From Auanema rhodensis (Eukaryota; Animalia; Nematoda): 64,000 nt of DNA. Under the pieces are notes generated by a model. That model ran no database searches, was not told the DNA's origin, and saw only the letters and a program-made list of their open reading frames with translations. The translations under genes were made by a program, and so were the position numbers. Each line of letters starts with the position of its first letter. Positions within the stretch are counted from its first letter, which is position 1. The stretch is from the NCBI GenBank assembly GCA_964057225.1, contig OZ059895.1, forward strand, positions 19,716,001 to 19,780,000. The letters are read 5' to 3'. Positions 50,901-64,000 of the stretch are shown here, piece after piece.

Positions 50901-53900
50901 AAAAATGCACCGAGATATCAACTGATATAAGTTCACACTTATATCCTCGATTTTCACCCTGAAGAATTAATTTTTTCGTTGAATAACATTGTCCATCGTC
51001 TTTGCCTTGAAAAAAGGAATCTGAAAACATCTACTTTTTGCTAAATTATTTTGAAATTTTTCGAAAAAATTTTTGTCAAAATGTTTTTGGAAGCAATGTT
51101 GAGTGTACATTGAAACTCAACATACACTAATGCATCATTTTTCAAACGATCATAACTAATTTATGAATTAAGCGTTTCTCAATGTAGTATAGTGCATTCG
51201 ATGCGGATTTTTAAGCTGCGTCGATCTGTGTTATCAGATTTGCGCTAGCTTAAAAATGCACCGAGATATCAACTGATATAAGTTCACACTTATATCCTCG
51301 ATTTTCACCCTGAAGAATTAATTTTTTCGTTGAATAACAATGTCCATCGTCTTTGCCTTGAAAAAAGGAATCTAAAAACATCTCCTTTTTGCTAAATTAT
51401 TCTGAAATTTTTCGAAAAAATTTTTGTCAAAATGTTTTTGGAAGCAATGTTGAGTGTACATGGAAACTCAACATACACTAATGCATCATTTTTCAAACGA
51501 TCATAACTAATTTTTGTATTAAGCGTTTCTCAATGTAGTATAGTGCATTCGATGCGGATTTTTAAGCTGCGTCGATCTGTGTGATCAGATTTGCGCTAGC
51601 TTAAAAATGCACCGAGATATCAACTGATATAAGTTCACACTTATATCCTCGATTTTCACCCTGAAGAATTAATTTTTTTTTCGTTGAATAACATTGTCCA
51701 TCGTCTTTGCCTTGATAAAAGGAATCTAAAAACATCTACTTTTTGCTAAATTATTTTGAAATTTTTCGAAAAAATTTTTGTCAAAATGTTTTTGGAAGCA
51801 ATGTTGAGTGTACATGGAAACTCAACATACACTAATGCATCATTTTTCAAACGATCATAACTAATTTATGAATTAAGCGTTTTTCAATGTAGTATAGTGC
51901 ATTCGATGCGGATTTTTAAGCTGCGTCGATCTGTGTGATCAGATTTGCGCTAGCTTAAAAATGCACCGAGATATCAACTGATATAAGTTCACACTTATAT
52001 CCTCGATTTTCACCCTGAAGAATTAATTTTTTCGTTGAATAACATTGTCCATCGTCTTTGCCTTGAAAAAAGGAATCTGAAAACATCTACTTTTTGCTAA
52101 ATTATTTTGAAATTTTTCGAAAAAATTTTTGTCAAAATGTTTTTGGAAGCAATGTTGAGTGTACATGGAAACTCAACATACACTAATGCATCATTTTTCA
52201 AACGATCATAACTAATTTATGAATTAAGCGTTTCTCAATGTAGTATAGTGCATTCGATGCGGATTTTTAAGCTGCGTCGATCTGTGTTATCAGATTTGCG
52301 CTAGCTTAAAAATGCACCGAGATATCAACTGATATAAGTTCACACTTATATCCTCGATTTTCACCCTGAAGAATTAATTTTTTCGTTGAATAACAATGTC
52401 CATCGTCTTTGCCTTGATAAAAGGAATCTAAAAACATCTACTTTTTGCTAAATTATTTTGAAATTTTTCGAAAAAATTTTTGTCAAAATGTTTTTGGAAG
52501 CAATGTTGAGTGTACATGGAAACTCAACATACACTAATGCATCATTTTTCAAACGATCATAACTAATTTTTGTATTAAGCGTTTCTCAATGTAGTATAGT
52601 GCATTCGATGCGGATTTTTAAGCTGCGTCGATCTGTGTGATCAGATTTGCGCTAGCTTAAAAATGCACCGAGATATCAACTGATATAAGTTCACACTTAT
52701 ATCCTCGATTTTCACCCTGAAGAATTAATTTTTTTTTCGTTGAATAACATTGTCCATCGTCTTTGCCTTGATAAAAGGAATCTAAAAACATCTACTTTTT
52801 GCTAAATTATTTTGAAATTTTTCGAAAAAATTTTTGTCAAAATGTTTTTGGAAGCAATGTTGAGTGTACATGGAAACTCAACATACACTAATGCATCATT
52901 TTTCAAACGATCATAACTAATTTATGAATTAAGCGTTTTTCAATGTAGTATAGTGCATTCGATGCGGATTTTTAAGCTGCGTCGATCTGTGTGATCAGAT
53001 TTGCGCTAGCTTAAAAATGCACCGAGATATCAACTGATATAAGTTCACACTTATATCCTCGATTTTCACCCTGAAGAATTAATTTTTTCGTTGAATAACA
53101 TTGTCCATCGTCTTTGCCTTGAAAAAAGGAATCTGAAAACATCTACTTTTTGCTAAATTATTTTGAAATTTTTCGAAAAAATTTTTGTCAAAATGTTTTT
53201 GGAAGCAATGTTGAGTGTACATTGAAACTCAACATACACTAATGCATCATTTTTCAAACGATCATAACTAATTTATGAATTAAGCGTTTCTCAATGTAGT
53301 ATAGTGCATTCGATGCGGATTTTTAAGCTGCGTCGATCTGTGTTATCAGATTTGCGCTAGCTTAAAAATGCACCGAGATATCAACTGATATAAGTTCACA
53401 CTTATATCCTCGATTTTCACCCTGAAGAATTAATTTTTTCGTTGAATAACAATGTCCATCGTCTTTGCCTTGAAAAAAGGAATCTAAAAACATCTCCTTT
53501 TTGCTAAATTATTCTGAAATTTTTCGAAAAAATTTTTGTCAAAATGTTTTTGGAAGCAATGTTGAGTGTACATGGAAACTCAACATACACTAATGCATCA
53601 TTTTTCAAACGATCATAACTAATTTTTGTATTAAGCGTTTCTCAATGTAGTATAGTGCATTCGATGCGGATTTTTAAGCTGCGTCGATCTGTGTTATCAG
53701 ATTTGCGCTAGCTTAAAAATGCACCGAGATATCAACTGATATAAGTTCACACTTATATCCTCGATTTTCACCCTGAAGAATTAATTTTTTCGTTGAATAA
53801 CAATGTCCATCGTCTTTGCCTTGAAAAAAGGAATCTAAAAACATCTACTTTTTGCTAAATTATTTTGAAATTTTTCGAAAAAATTTTTGTCAAAATGTTT

Positions 53901-56177
53901 TTGGAAGCAATGTTGAGTGTACATGGAAACTCAACATACACTAATGCATCATTTTTCAAACGATCATAACTAATTTATGAATTAAGCGTTTTTCAATGTA
54001 GTATAGTGCATTCGATGCGGATTTTTAAGCTGCGTCGATCTGTGTGATCAGATTTGCGCTAGCTTAAAAATGCACCGAGATATCAACTGATATAAGTTCA
54101 CACTTATATCCTCGATTTTCACCCTGAAGAATTAATTTTTTCGTTGAATAACATTGTCCATCGTCTTTGCCTTGAAAAAAGGAATCTGAAAACATCTACT
54201 TTTTGCTAAATTATTTTGAAATTTTTCGAAAAAATTTTTGTCAAAATGTTTTTGGAAGCAATGTTGAGTGTACATGGAAACTCAACATACACTAATGCAT
54301 CATTTTTCAAACGATCATAACTAATTTATGAATTAAGCGTTTCTCAATGTAGTATAGTGCATTCGATGCGGATTTTTAAGCTGCGTCGATCTGTGTTATC
54401 AGATTTGCGCTAGCTTAAAAATGCACCGAGATATCAACTGATATAAGTTCACACTTATATCCTCGATTTTCACCCTGAAGAATTAATTTTTTCGTTGAAT
54501 AACAATGTCCATCGTCTTTGCCTTGATAAGAGGAATCTAAAAACATCTACTTTTTGCTAAATTATTTTGAAATTTTTCGAAAAAATTTTTGTCAAAATGT
54601 TTTTGGAAGCAATGTTGAGTGTACATGGAAACTCAACATACACTAATGCATCATTTTTCAAACGATCATAACTAATTTTTGTATTAAGCGTTTCTCAATG
54701 TAGTATAGTGCATTCGATGCGGATTTTTGAGCTGCGTCGATCTGTGTGATCAGATTTGCGCTAGCTTAAAAATGCACCGAGATATCAACTGATATAAGTT
54801 CACACTTATATCCTCGATTTTCACCCTGAAGAATTAATTTTTTTTTCGTTGAATAACATTGTCCATCGTCTTTGCCTTGATAAAAGGAATCTAAAAACAT
54901 CTACTTTTTGCTAAATTATTTTGAAATTTTTCGAAAAAATTTTTGTCAAAATGTTTTTGGAAGCAATGTTGAGTGTACATGGAAACTCAACATACACTAA
55001 TGCATCATTTTTCAAACGATCATAACTAATTTATGAATTAAGCGTTTTTCAATGTAGTATAGTGCATTCGATGCGGATTTTTAAGCTGCGTCGATCTGTG
55101 TGATCAGATTTGCGCTAGCTTAAAAATGCACCGAGATATCAACTGATATAAGTTCACACTTATATCCTCGATTTTCACCCTGAAGAATTAATTTTTTCGT
55201 TGAATAACATTGTCCATCGTCTTTGCCTTGAAAAAAGGAATCTGAAAACATCTACTTTTTGCTAAATTATTTTGAAATTTTTCGAAAAAATTTTTGTCAA
55301 AATGTTTTTGGAAGCAATGTTGAGTGTACATTGAAACTCAACATACACTAATGCATCATTTTTCAAACGATCATAACTAATTTATGAATTAAGCGTTTCT
55401 CAATGTAGTATAGTGCATTCGATGCGGATTTTTAAGCTGCGTCGATCTGTGTTATCAGATTTGCGCTAGCTTAAAAATGCACCGAGATATCAACTGATAT
55501 AAGTTCACACTTATATCCTCGATTTTCACCCTGAAGAATTAATTTTTTCGTTGAATAACAATGTCCATCGTCTTTGCCTTGAAAAAAGGAATCTAAAAAC
55601 ATCTCCTTTTTGCTAAATTATTCTGAAATTTTTCGAAAAAATTTTTGTCAAAATGTTTTTGGAAGCAATGTTGAGTGTACATGGAAACTCAACATACACT
55701 AATGCATCATTTTTCAAACGATCATAACTAATTTTTGTATTAAGCGTTTCTCAATGTAGTATAGTGCATTCGATGCGGATTTTTAAGCTGCGTCGATCTG
55801 TGTTATCAGATTTGCGCTAGCTTAAAAATGCACCGAGATATCAACTGATATAAGTTCACACTTATATCCTCGATTTTCACCCTGAAGAATTAATTTTTTC
55901 GTTGAATAACAATGTCCATCGTCTTTGCCTTGAAAAAAGGAATCTAAAAACATCTCCTTTTTGCTAAATTATTCTGAAATTTTTCGAAAAAATTTTTGTC
56001 AAAATGTTTTTGGAAGCAATGTTGAGTGTACATGGAAACTCAACATACACTAATGCATCATTTTTCAAACGATCATAACTAATTTTTGTATTAAGCGTTT
56101 CTCAATGTAGTATAGTGCATTCGATGCGGATTTTTAAGCTGCGTCGATCTGTGTTATCAGATTTGCGCTAGCTTAAA
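44919..56177. repeat. Satellite domain 4: T9-tract / TTTATGAATT / TGTGATCA monomers in nested 2-, 3- and 6-mer higher-order repeats
   Basis: 354-bp units with AATTAA-T9-CG (T6 elsewhere) start at 46323, 47028, 48084, 48789, 49494, 50550, 51606, 52662 and 54771. Other markers are CTTGATAAAAGG, AATCTGAAAAC, ACATTGAAAC and CATCTCC. Confidence 0.88.
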
Positions 56178-59100
56178 AATGCACCGAGATATCAACTGAT
56201 ATAAGTTCACACTTATATCCTCGATTTTCACCCTGAAGAATTAATTTTTTCGTTGAATAACAATGTCCATCGTCTTTGCCTTGAAAAAAGGAATCTAAAA
56301 ACATCTACTTTTTGCTAAATTATTTTGAAATTTTTCGAAAAAATTTTTGTCAAAATGTTTTTGGAAGCAATGTTGAGTGTACATGGAAACTCAACATACA
56401 CTAATGCATCATTTTTCAAACGATCATAACTAATTTTTGTATTAAGCGTTTCTCAATGTAGTATAGTGCATTCGATGCGGATTTTTAAGCTGCGTCGATC
56501 TGTGTTATCAGATTTGCGCTAGCTTAAAAATGCACCGAGATATCAACTGATATAAGTTCACACTTATATCCTCGATTTTCACCCTGAAGAATTAATTTTT
56601 TCGTTGAATAACAATGTCCATCGTCTTTGCCTTGAAAAAAGAAATCTAAAAACATCTACTTTTTGCTAAATTATTCTGAAATTTTTCGAAAAAATTTTTG
56701 TCAAAATGTTTTTGGAAGCAATGTTGAGTGTACATGGAAACTCAACATACACTAATGCATCATTTTTCAAACGATCATAACTAATTTTTGTATTAAGCGT
56801 TTCTCAATGTAGTATAGTGCATTCGATGCGGATTTTTAAGCTGCGTCGATCTGTGTTATCAGATTTGCGCTAGCTTAAAAATGCACCGAGATATCAACTG
56901 ATATAAGTTCACACTTATATCCTCGATTTTCACCCTGAAGAATTAATTTTTTCGTTGAATAACATTGTCCATCGTCTTTGCCTTGATAAAACGAATCTAA
57001 AAACATCTACTTTTTGCTAAATTATTTTGAAATTTTTCGAAAAAATTTTTGTCAAAATGTTTTTGGAAGCAATGTTGAGTGTACATGGAAACTCAACATA
57101 CACTAATGCATCATTTTTCAAACGATCATAACTAATTTTTGTATTAAGCGTTTCTCAATGTAGTATAGTGCATTCGATGCGGATTTTTAAGCTGCGTCGA
57201 TCTGTGTTATCAGATTTGCGCTAGCTTAAAAATGCACCGAGATATCAACTGATATAAGTTCACACTTATATCCTCGATTTTCACCCTGAAGAATTAATTT
57301 TTTCGTTGAATAACAATGTCCATCGTCTTTGCCTTGATAAAAGGAATCTAAAAACATCTACTTTTTGCTAAATTATTTTGAAATTTTTCGAAAAAATTTT
57401 TGTCAAAATGTTTTTGGAAGCAATGTTGAGTGTACATGGAAACTCAACATACACTAATGCATCATTTTTCAAACGATCATAACTAATTTTTGTATTAAGC
57501 GTTTCTCAATGTAGTATAGTGCATTCGATGCGGATTTTTAAGCTGCGTCGATCTGTGTTATCAGATTTGCGCTAGCTTAAAAATGCACCGAGATATCAAC
57601 TGATATAAGTTCACACTTATATCCTCGATTTTCACCCTGAAGAATTAATTTTTTCGTTGAATAACAATGTCCATCGTCTTTGCCTTGAAAAAAGAAATCT
57701 AAAAACATCTACTTTTTGCTAAATTATTCTGAAATTTTTCGAAAAAATTTTTGTCAAAATGTTTTTGGAAGCAATGTTGAGTGTACATGGAAACTCAACA
57801 TACACTAATGCATCATTTTTCAAACGATCATAACTAATTTTTGTATTAAGCGTTTTTCAATGTAGTATAGTGCATTCGATGCGGATTTTTAAGCTGCGTC
57901 GATCTGTGTTATCAGATTTGCGCTAGCTTAAAAATGCACCGAGATATCAACTGATATAAGTTCACACTTATATCCTCGATTTTCACCCTGAAGAATTGAT
58001 TTTTTCGTTGAATAACATTGTCCATCGTCTTTGCCTTGATAAAACGAATCTAAAAACATCTACTTTTTGCTAAATTATTTTGAAATTTTTCGAAAAAATT
58101 TTTGTCAAAATGTTTTTGGAAGCAATGTTGAGTGTACATGGAAACTCAACATACACTAATGCATCATTTTTCAAACGATCATAACTAATTTTTGTATTAA
58201 GCGTTTCTCAATGTAGTATAGTGCATTCGATGCGGATTTTTAAGCTGCGTCGATCTGTGTTATCAGATTTGCGCTAGCTTAAAAATGCACCGAGATATCA
58301 ACTGATATAAGTTCACACTTATATCCTCGATTTTCACCCTGAAGAATTAATTTTTTTTTCGTTGAATAACATTGTCCATCGTCTTTGCCTTGATAAAAGG
58401 AATCTAAAAACATCTACTTTTTGCTAAATTATTTTGAAATTTTTCGAAAAAATTTTTGTCAAAATGTTTTTGGAAGCAATGTTGAGTGTACATGGAAACT
58501 CAACATACACTAATGCATCATTTTTCAAACGATCATAACTAATTTATGAATTAAGCGTTTTTCAATGTAGTATAGTGCATTCGATGCGGATTTTTAAGCT
58601 GCGTCGATCTGTGTTATCAGATTTGCGCTAGATTAAAAATGCACCGAGATATCAACTGATATAAGTTCACACTTATATCCTCGATTTTCACCCTGAAGAA
58701 TTAATTTTTTCGTTGAGTAACATTGTCCATCGTCTTTGCCTTGATAAAAGGAATCTAAAAACATCTACTTTTTGCTAAATTATTTTGAAATTTTTCGAAA
58801 AAATTTTTGTCAAAATGTTTTTGGAAGCAATGTTGAGTGTACATGGAAACTCAACATACACTAATGCATCATTTTTCAAACGATCATAACTAATTTATGA
58901 ATTAAGCGTTTCTCAATGTAGTATAGTGCATTCGATGCGGATTTTTAAGCTGCGTCGATCTGTGTTATCAGATTTGCGCTAGCTTAAAAATGCACCGAGA
59001 TATCAACTGATATAAGTTCACACTTATATCCTCGATTTTCACCCTGAAGAATTAATTTTTTCGTTGAATAACAATGTCCATCGTCTTTGCCTTGATAAAA

Positions 59101-62100
59101 GGAATCTAAAAACATCTACTTTTTGCTAAATTATTTTGAAATTTTTCGAAAAAATTTTTGTCAAAATGTTTTTGGAAGCAATGTTGAGTGTACATGGAAA
59201 CTCAACATACACTAATGCATCATTTTTCAAACGATCATAACTAATTTTTGTATTAAGCGTTTCTCAATGTAGTATAGTGCATTCGATGCGGATTTTTAAG
59301 CTGCGTCGATCTGTGTTATCAGATTTGCGCTAGCTTAAAAATGCACCGAGATATCAACTGATATAAGTTCACACTTATATCCTCGATTTTCACCCTGAAG
59401 AATTAATTTTTTCGTTGAATAACAATGTCCATCGTCTTTGCCTTGAAAAAAGGAATCTAAAAACATCTACTTTTTGCTAAATTATTTTGAAATTTTTCGA
59501 AAAAATTTTTGTCAAAATGTTTTTGGAAGCAATGTTGAGTGTACATGGAAACTCAACATACACTAATGCATCATTTTTCAAACGATCATAACTAATTTTT
59601 GTATTAAGCGTTTCTCAATGTAGTATAGTGCATTCGATGCGGATTTTTAAGCTGCGTCGATCTGTGTTATCAGATTTGCGCTAGCTTAAAAATGCACCGA
59701 GATATCAACTGATATAAGTTCACACTTATATCCTCGATTTTCACCCTGAAGAATTAATTTTTTCGTTGAATAACAATGTCCATCGTCTTTGCCTTGAAAA
59801 AAGAAATCTAAAAACATCTACTTTTTGCTAAATTATTCTGAAATTTTTCGAAAAAATTTTTGTCAAAATGTTTTTGGAAGCAATGTTGAGTGTACATGGA
59901 AACTCAACATACACTAATGCATCATTTTTCAAACGATCATAACTAATTTTTGTATTAAGCGTTTCTCAATGTAGTATAGTGCATTCGATGCGGATTTTTA
60001 AGCTGCGTCGATCTGTGTTATCAGATTTGCGCTAGCTTAAAAATGCACCGAGATATCAACTGATATAAGTTCACACTTATATCCTCGATTTTCACCCTGA
60101 AGAATTAATTTTTTCGTTGAATAACATTGTCCATCGTCTTTGCCTTGATAAAACGAATCTAAAAACATCTACTTTTTGCTAAATTATTTTGAAATTTTTC
60201 GAAAAAATTTTTGTCAAAATGTTTTTGGAAGCAATGTTGAGTGTACATGGAAACTCAACATACACTAATGCATCATTTTTCAAACGATCATAACTAATTT
60301 TTGTATTAAGCGTTTCTCAATGTAGTATAGTGCATTCGATGCGGATTTTTAAGCTGCGTCGATCTGTGTTATCAGATTTGCGCTAGCTTAAAAATGCACC
60401 GAGATATCAACTGATATAAGTTCACACTTATATCCTCGATTTTCACCCTGAAGAATTAATTTTTTCGTTGAATAACAATGTCCATCGTCTTTGCCTTGAT
60501 AAAAGGAATCTAAAAACATCTACTTTTTGCTAAATTATTTTGAAATTTTTCGAAAAAATTTTTGTCAAAATGTTTTTGGAAGCAATGTTGAGTGTACATG
60601 GAAACTCAACATACACTAATGCATCATTTTTCAAACGATCATAACTAATTTTTGTATTAAGCGTTTCTCAATGTAGTATAGTGCATTCGATGCGGATTTT
60701 TAAGCTGCGTCGATCTGTGTTATCAGATTTGCGCTAGCTTAAAAATGCACCGAGATATCAACTGATATAAGTTCACACTTATATCCTCGATTTTCACCCT
60801 GAAGAATTAATTTTTTCGTTGAATAACAATGTCCATCGTCTTTGCCTTGAAAAAAGAAATCTAAAAACATCTACTTTTTGCTAAATTATTCTGAAATTTT
60901 TCGAAAAAATTTTTGTCAAAATGTTTTTGGAAGCAATGTTGAGTGTACATGGAAACTCAACATACACTAATGCATCATTTTTCAAACGATCATAACTAAT
61001 TTTTGTATTAAGCGTTTTTCAATGTAGTATAGTGCATTCGATGCGGATTTTTAAGCTGCGTCGATCTGTGTTATCAGATTTGCGCTAGCTTAAAAATGCA
61101 CCGAGATATCAACTGATATAAGTTCACACTTATATCCTCGATTTTCACCCTGAAGAATTGATTTTTTCGTTGAATAACATTGTCCATCGTCTTTGCCTTG
61201 ATAAACCGAATCTAAAAACATCTACTTTTTGCTAAATTATTTTGAAATTTTTCGAAAAAATTTTTGTCAAAATGTTTTTGGAAGCAATGTTGAGTGTACA
61301 TGGAAACTCAACATACACTAATGCATCATTTTTCAAACGATCATAACTAATTTTTGTATTAAGCGTTTCTCAATGTAGTATAGTGCATTCGATGCGGATT
61401 TTTAAGCTGCGTCGATCTGTGTTATCAGATTTGCGCTAGCTTAAAAATGCACCGAGATATCAACTGATATAAGTTCACACTTATATCCTCGATTTTCACC
61501 CTGAAGAATTAATTTTTTCGTTGAATAACAATGTCCATCGTCTTTGCCTTGATAAAAGGAATCTAAAAACATCTACTTTTTGCTAAATTATTTTGAAATT
61601 TTTCGAAAAAATTTTTGTCAAAATGTTTTTGGAAGCAATGTTGAGTGTACATGGAAACTCAACATACACTAATGCATCATTTTTCAAACGATCATAACTA
61701 ATTTTTGTATTAAGCGTTTCTCAATGTAGTATAGTGCATTCGATGCGGATTTTTAAGCTGCGTCGATCTGTGTTATCAGATTTGCGCTAGCTTAAAAATG
61801 CACCGAGATATCAACTGATATAAGTTCACACTTATATCCTCGATTTTCACCCTGAAGAATTAATTTTTTCGTTGAATAACATTGTCCATCGTCTTTGCCT
61901 TGATAAAAGGAATCTAAAAACATCTACTTTTTGCTAAATTATTTTGAAATTTTTCGAAAAAATTTTTGTCAAAATGTTTTTGGAAGCAATGTTGAGTGTA
62001 CATGGAAACTCAACATACACTAATGCATCATTTTTCAAACGATCATAACTAATTTATGAATTAAGCGTTTCTCAATGTAGTATAGTGCATTCGATGCGGA

Positions 62101-64000
62101 TTTTTAAGCTGCGTCGATCTGTGTTATCAGATTTGCGCTAGCTTAAAAATGCACCGAGATATCAACTGATATAAGTTCACACTTATATCCTCGATTTTCA
62201 CCCTGAAGAATTAATTTTTTCGTTGAATAACATTGTCCATCGTCTTTGCCTTAAAAAAAGGAATCTAAAAACATCTAATTTTTGATAAATTATTTTAAAA
62301 TTTTTCGAAAAAATTTTTGTCAAAATGTTTTTGGAAGCAATGTTGAGTGTACATGGAAACTCAACATACACTAATGCATCATTTTTCAAACGATCATAAC
62401 TAATTTTTGTATTAAGCGTTTCTCAATGTAGTATAGTGCATTCGATGCGGATTTTTAAGCTGCGTCGATCTGTGTTATCAGATTTGCGCTAGCTTAAAAA
62501 TGCACCGAGATATCAACTGATATAAGTTCACACTTATATCCTCGATTTTCACCCTGAAGAATTAATTTTTTCGTTGAATAACATTGTCCATCGTCTTTGC
62601 CTTAAAAAAAGGAATCTAAAAACATTTAATTTTTGATAAATTATTTTAAAATTTTTCGAAAAAATTTTTGTCAAAATGTTTTTGGAAGCAATGTTGAGTG
62701 TACATGGAAACTCAACATACACTAATGCATCATTTTTCAAACGATCATAACTAATTTTTGTATTAAGCGTTTCTCAATGTAGTATAGTGCATTCGATGCG
62801 GATTTTTAAGCTGCGTCGATCTGTGTTATCAGATTTGCGCTAGCTTAAAAATGCACCGAGATATCAACTGATATAAGTTCACACTTATATCCTCGATTTT
62901 CACCCTGAAGAATTAATTTTTTCGTTGAATAACAATGTCCATCGTCTTTGCCTTGAAAAAAGGAATCTAAAAACATCTACTTTTTGCTAAATTATTCTGA
63001 AATTTTTCGAAAAAATTTTTGTCAAAATGTTTTTGGAAGCAATGTTGAGTGTACATGGAAACTCAACATACACTAATGCATCATTTTTCAAACGATCATA
63101 ACTAATTTTTGTATTAAGCGTTTTTCAATGTAGTATAGTGCATTCGATGCGGATTTTTAAGCTGCGTCGATCTGTGTTATCAGATTTGCGCTAGCTTAAA
63201 AATGCACCGAGATATCAACTGATATAAGTTCACACTTATATCCTCGATTTTCACCCTGAAGAATTAATTTTTTCGTTGAATAACAATGTCCATCGTCTTT
63301 GCCTTGAAAAAAGAAATCTAAAAACATCTACTTTTTGCTAAATTATTCTGAAATTTTTCGAAAAAATTTTTGTCAAAATGTTTTTGGAAGCAATGTTGAG
63401 TGTACATGGAAACTCAACATACACTAATGCATCATTTTTCAAACGATCATAACTAATTTTTGTATTAAGCGTTTTTCAATGTAGTATAGTGCATTCGATG
63501 CGGATTTTTAAGCTGCGTCGATCTGTGTTATCAGATTTGCGCTAGCTTAAAAATGCACCGAGATATCAACTGATATAAGTTCACACTTATATCCTCGATT
63601 TTCACCCTGAAGAATTGATTTTTTCGTTGAATAACATTGTCCATCGTCTTTGCCTTGATAAACCGAATCTAAAAACATCTACTTTTTGCTAAATTATTTT
63701 GAAATTTTTCGAAAAAATTTTTGTCAAAATGTTTTTGGAAGCAATGTTGAGTGTACATGGAAACTCAACATACACTAATGCATCATTTTTCAAACGATCA
63801 TAACTAATTTTTGTATTAAGCGTTTCTCAATGTAGTATAGTGCATTCGATGCGGATTTTTAAGCTGCGTCGATCTGTGTTATCAGATTTGCGCTAGCTTA
63901 AAAATGCACCGAGATATCAACTGATATAAGTTCACACTTATATCCTCGATTTTCACCCTGAAGAATTAATTTTTTCGTTGAATAACAATGTCCATCGTCT
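56178..64000. repeat. Satellite domain 5: AAAGAAATC / GATAAAACG(AACCG) monomers with a 3-mer period and a 9-mer-offset duplication
   Basis: AAAGAAATCT units start at 56529, 57582, 59691, 60744 and 63201. Each is followed by a GATAAAACGAATC or GATAAACCGAATC unit (56880, 57933, 60042, 61095, 63552). Confidence 0.85.

Larger units (their letters stand above)
1..64000. repeat. Tandem satellite DNA array, 351-bp monomer, 182 full copies plus a 98-bp partial, single orientation, truncated by both window edges
   Basis: The anchor AATGCACCGAGATATCAA recurs at 1, 352, 703, 1054, 1405, and so on to 63903. The lengths add up exactly: 182x351=63882, plus a net +20 bp of observed indels (eleven 350-bp units, one 352-bp unit, ten 354-bp units) gives 63902. 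I saw no non-repeat sequence. Confidence 0.99.

Noticed and set aside
2157-62740. 27 copies of a 63-aa minus-strand ORF (MKNDALVYVEFPCTLN...)
   Set aside because: It is intact in only 27 of 182 monomers and begins at a TTG rather than an ATG. Single SNPs or indels open or close it, and it is absent from the most amplified domain. The K/F/I/N-rich composition simply mirrors the A/T tracts, and I recognise no domain.
1-64000. CRISPR array or other repeat-spacer system
   Set aside because: There are no unique spacers: the entire 351 bp is repeated and differs only by SNPs and small indels. No cas or other genes are present.
1-64000. Transposon insertions, inversions, rDNA/5S units or telomeric repeats in the array
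   Set aside because: Monomer length bookkeeping accounts for every base, all units have the same orientation, and I recognise no rRNA, 5S or telomere motif.

Overview
The whole 64 kb window is one uninterrupted head-to-tail tandem array of an AT-rich satellite with a 351-bp monomer (monomer 1 is about 32% GC by hand count). It holds 182 complete monomers (1-63902) plus a 98-bp partial copy, all in the same orientation, and it runs off both window edges. I see no credible gene, RNA gene, CRISPR array or inserted mobile element. The 63-aa minus-strand ORFs are by-products of the repeat. The structure worth studying is at two scales. (1) The monomer is a chain of four inverted repeats plus phased A/T tracts, with a nearly invariant core of about 73 bp flanked by hypervariable blocks. 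(2) The array is layered into five domains defined by monomer variants, including a near-homogeneous 36-copy core. It also contains many short, nested, incipient higher-order repeats (2-, 3-, 4-, 6-, 7-, 8- and 9-mers), chimeric monomers, and two left-type monomers stranded about 31 kb away in the right domain. This fits a eukaryotic (peri)centromeric or heterochromatic satellite undergoing local amplification and homogenisation. I cannot name the family or the host. The sequence alone does not demonstrate a new biological system.
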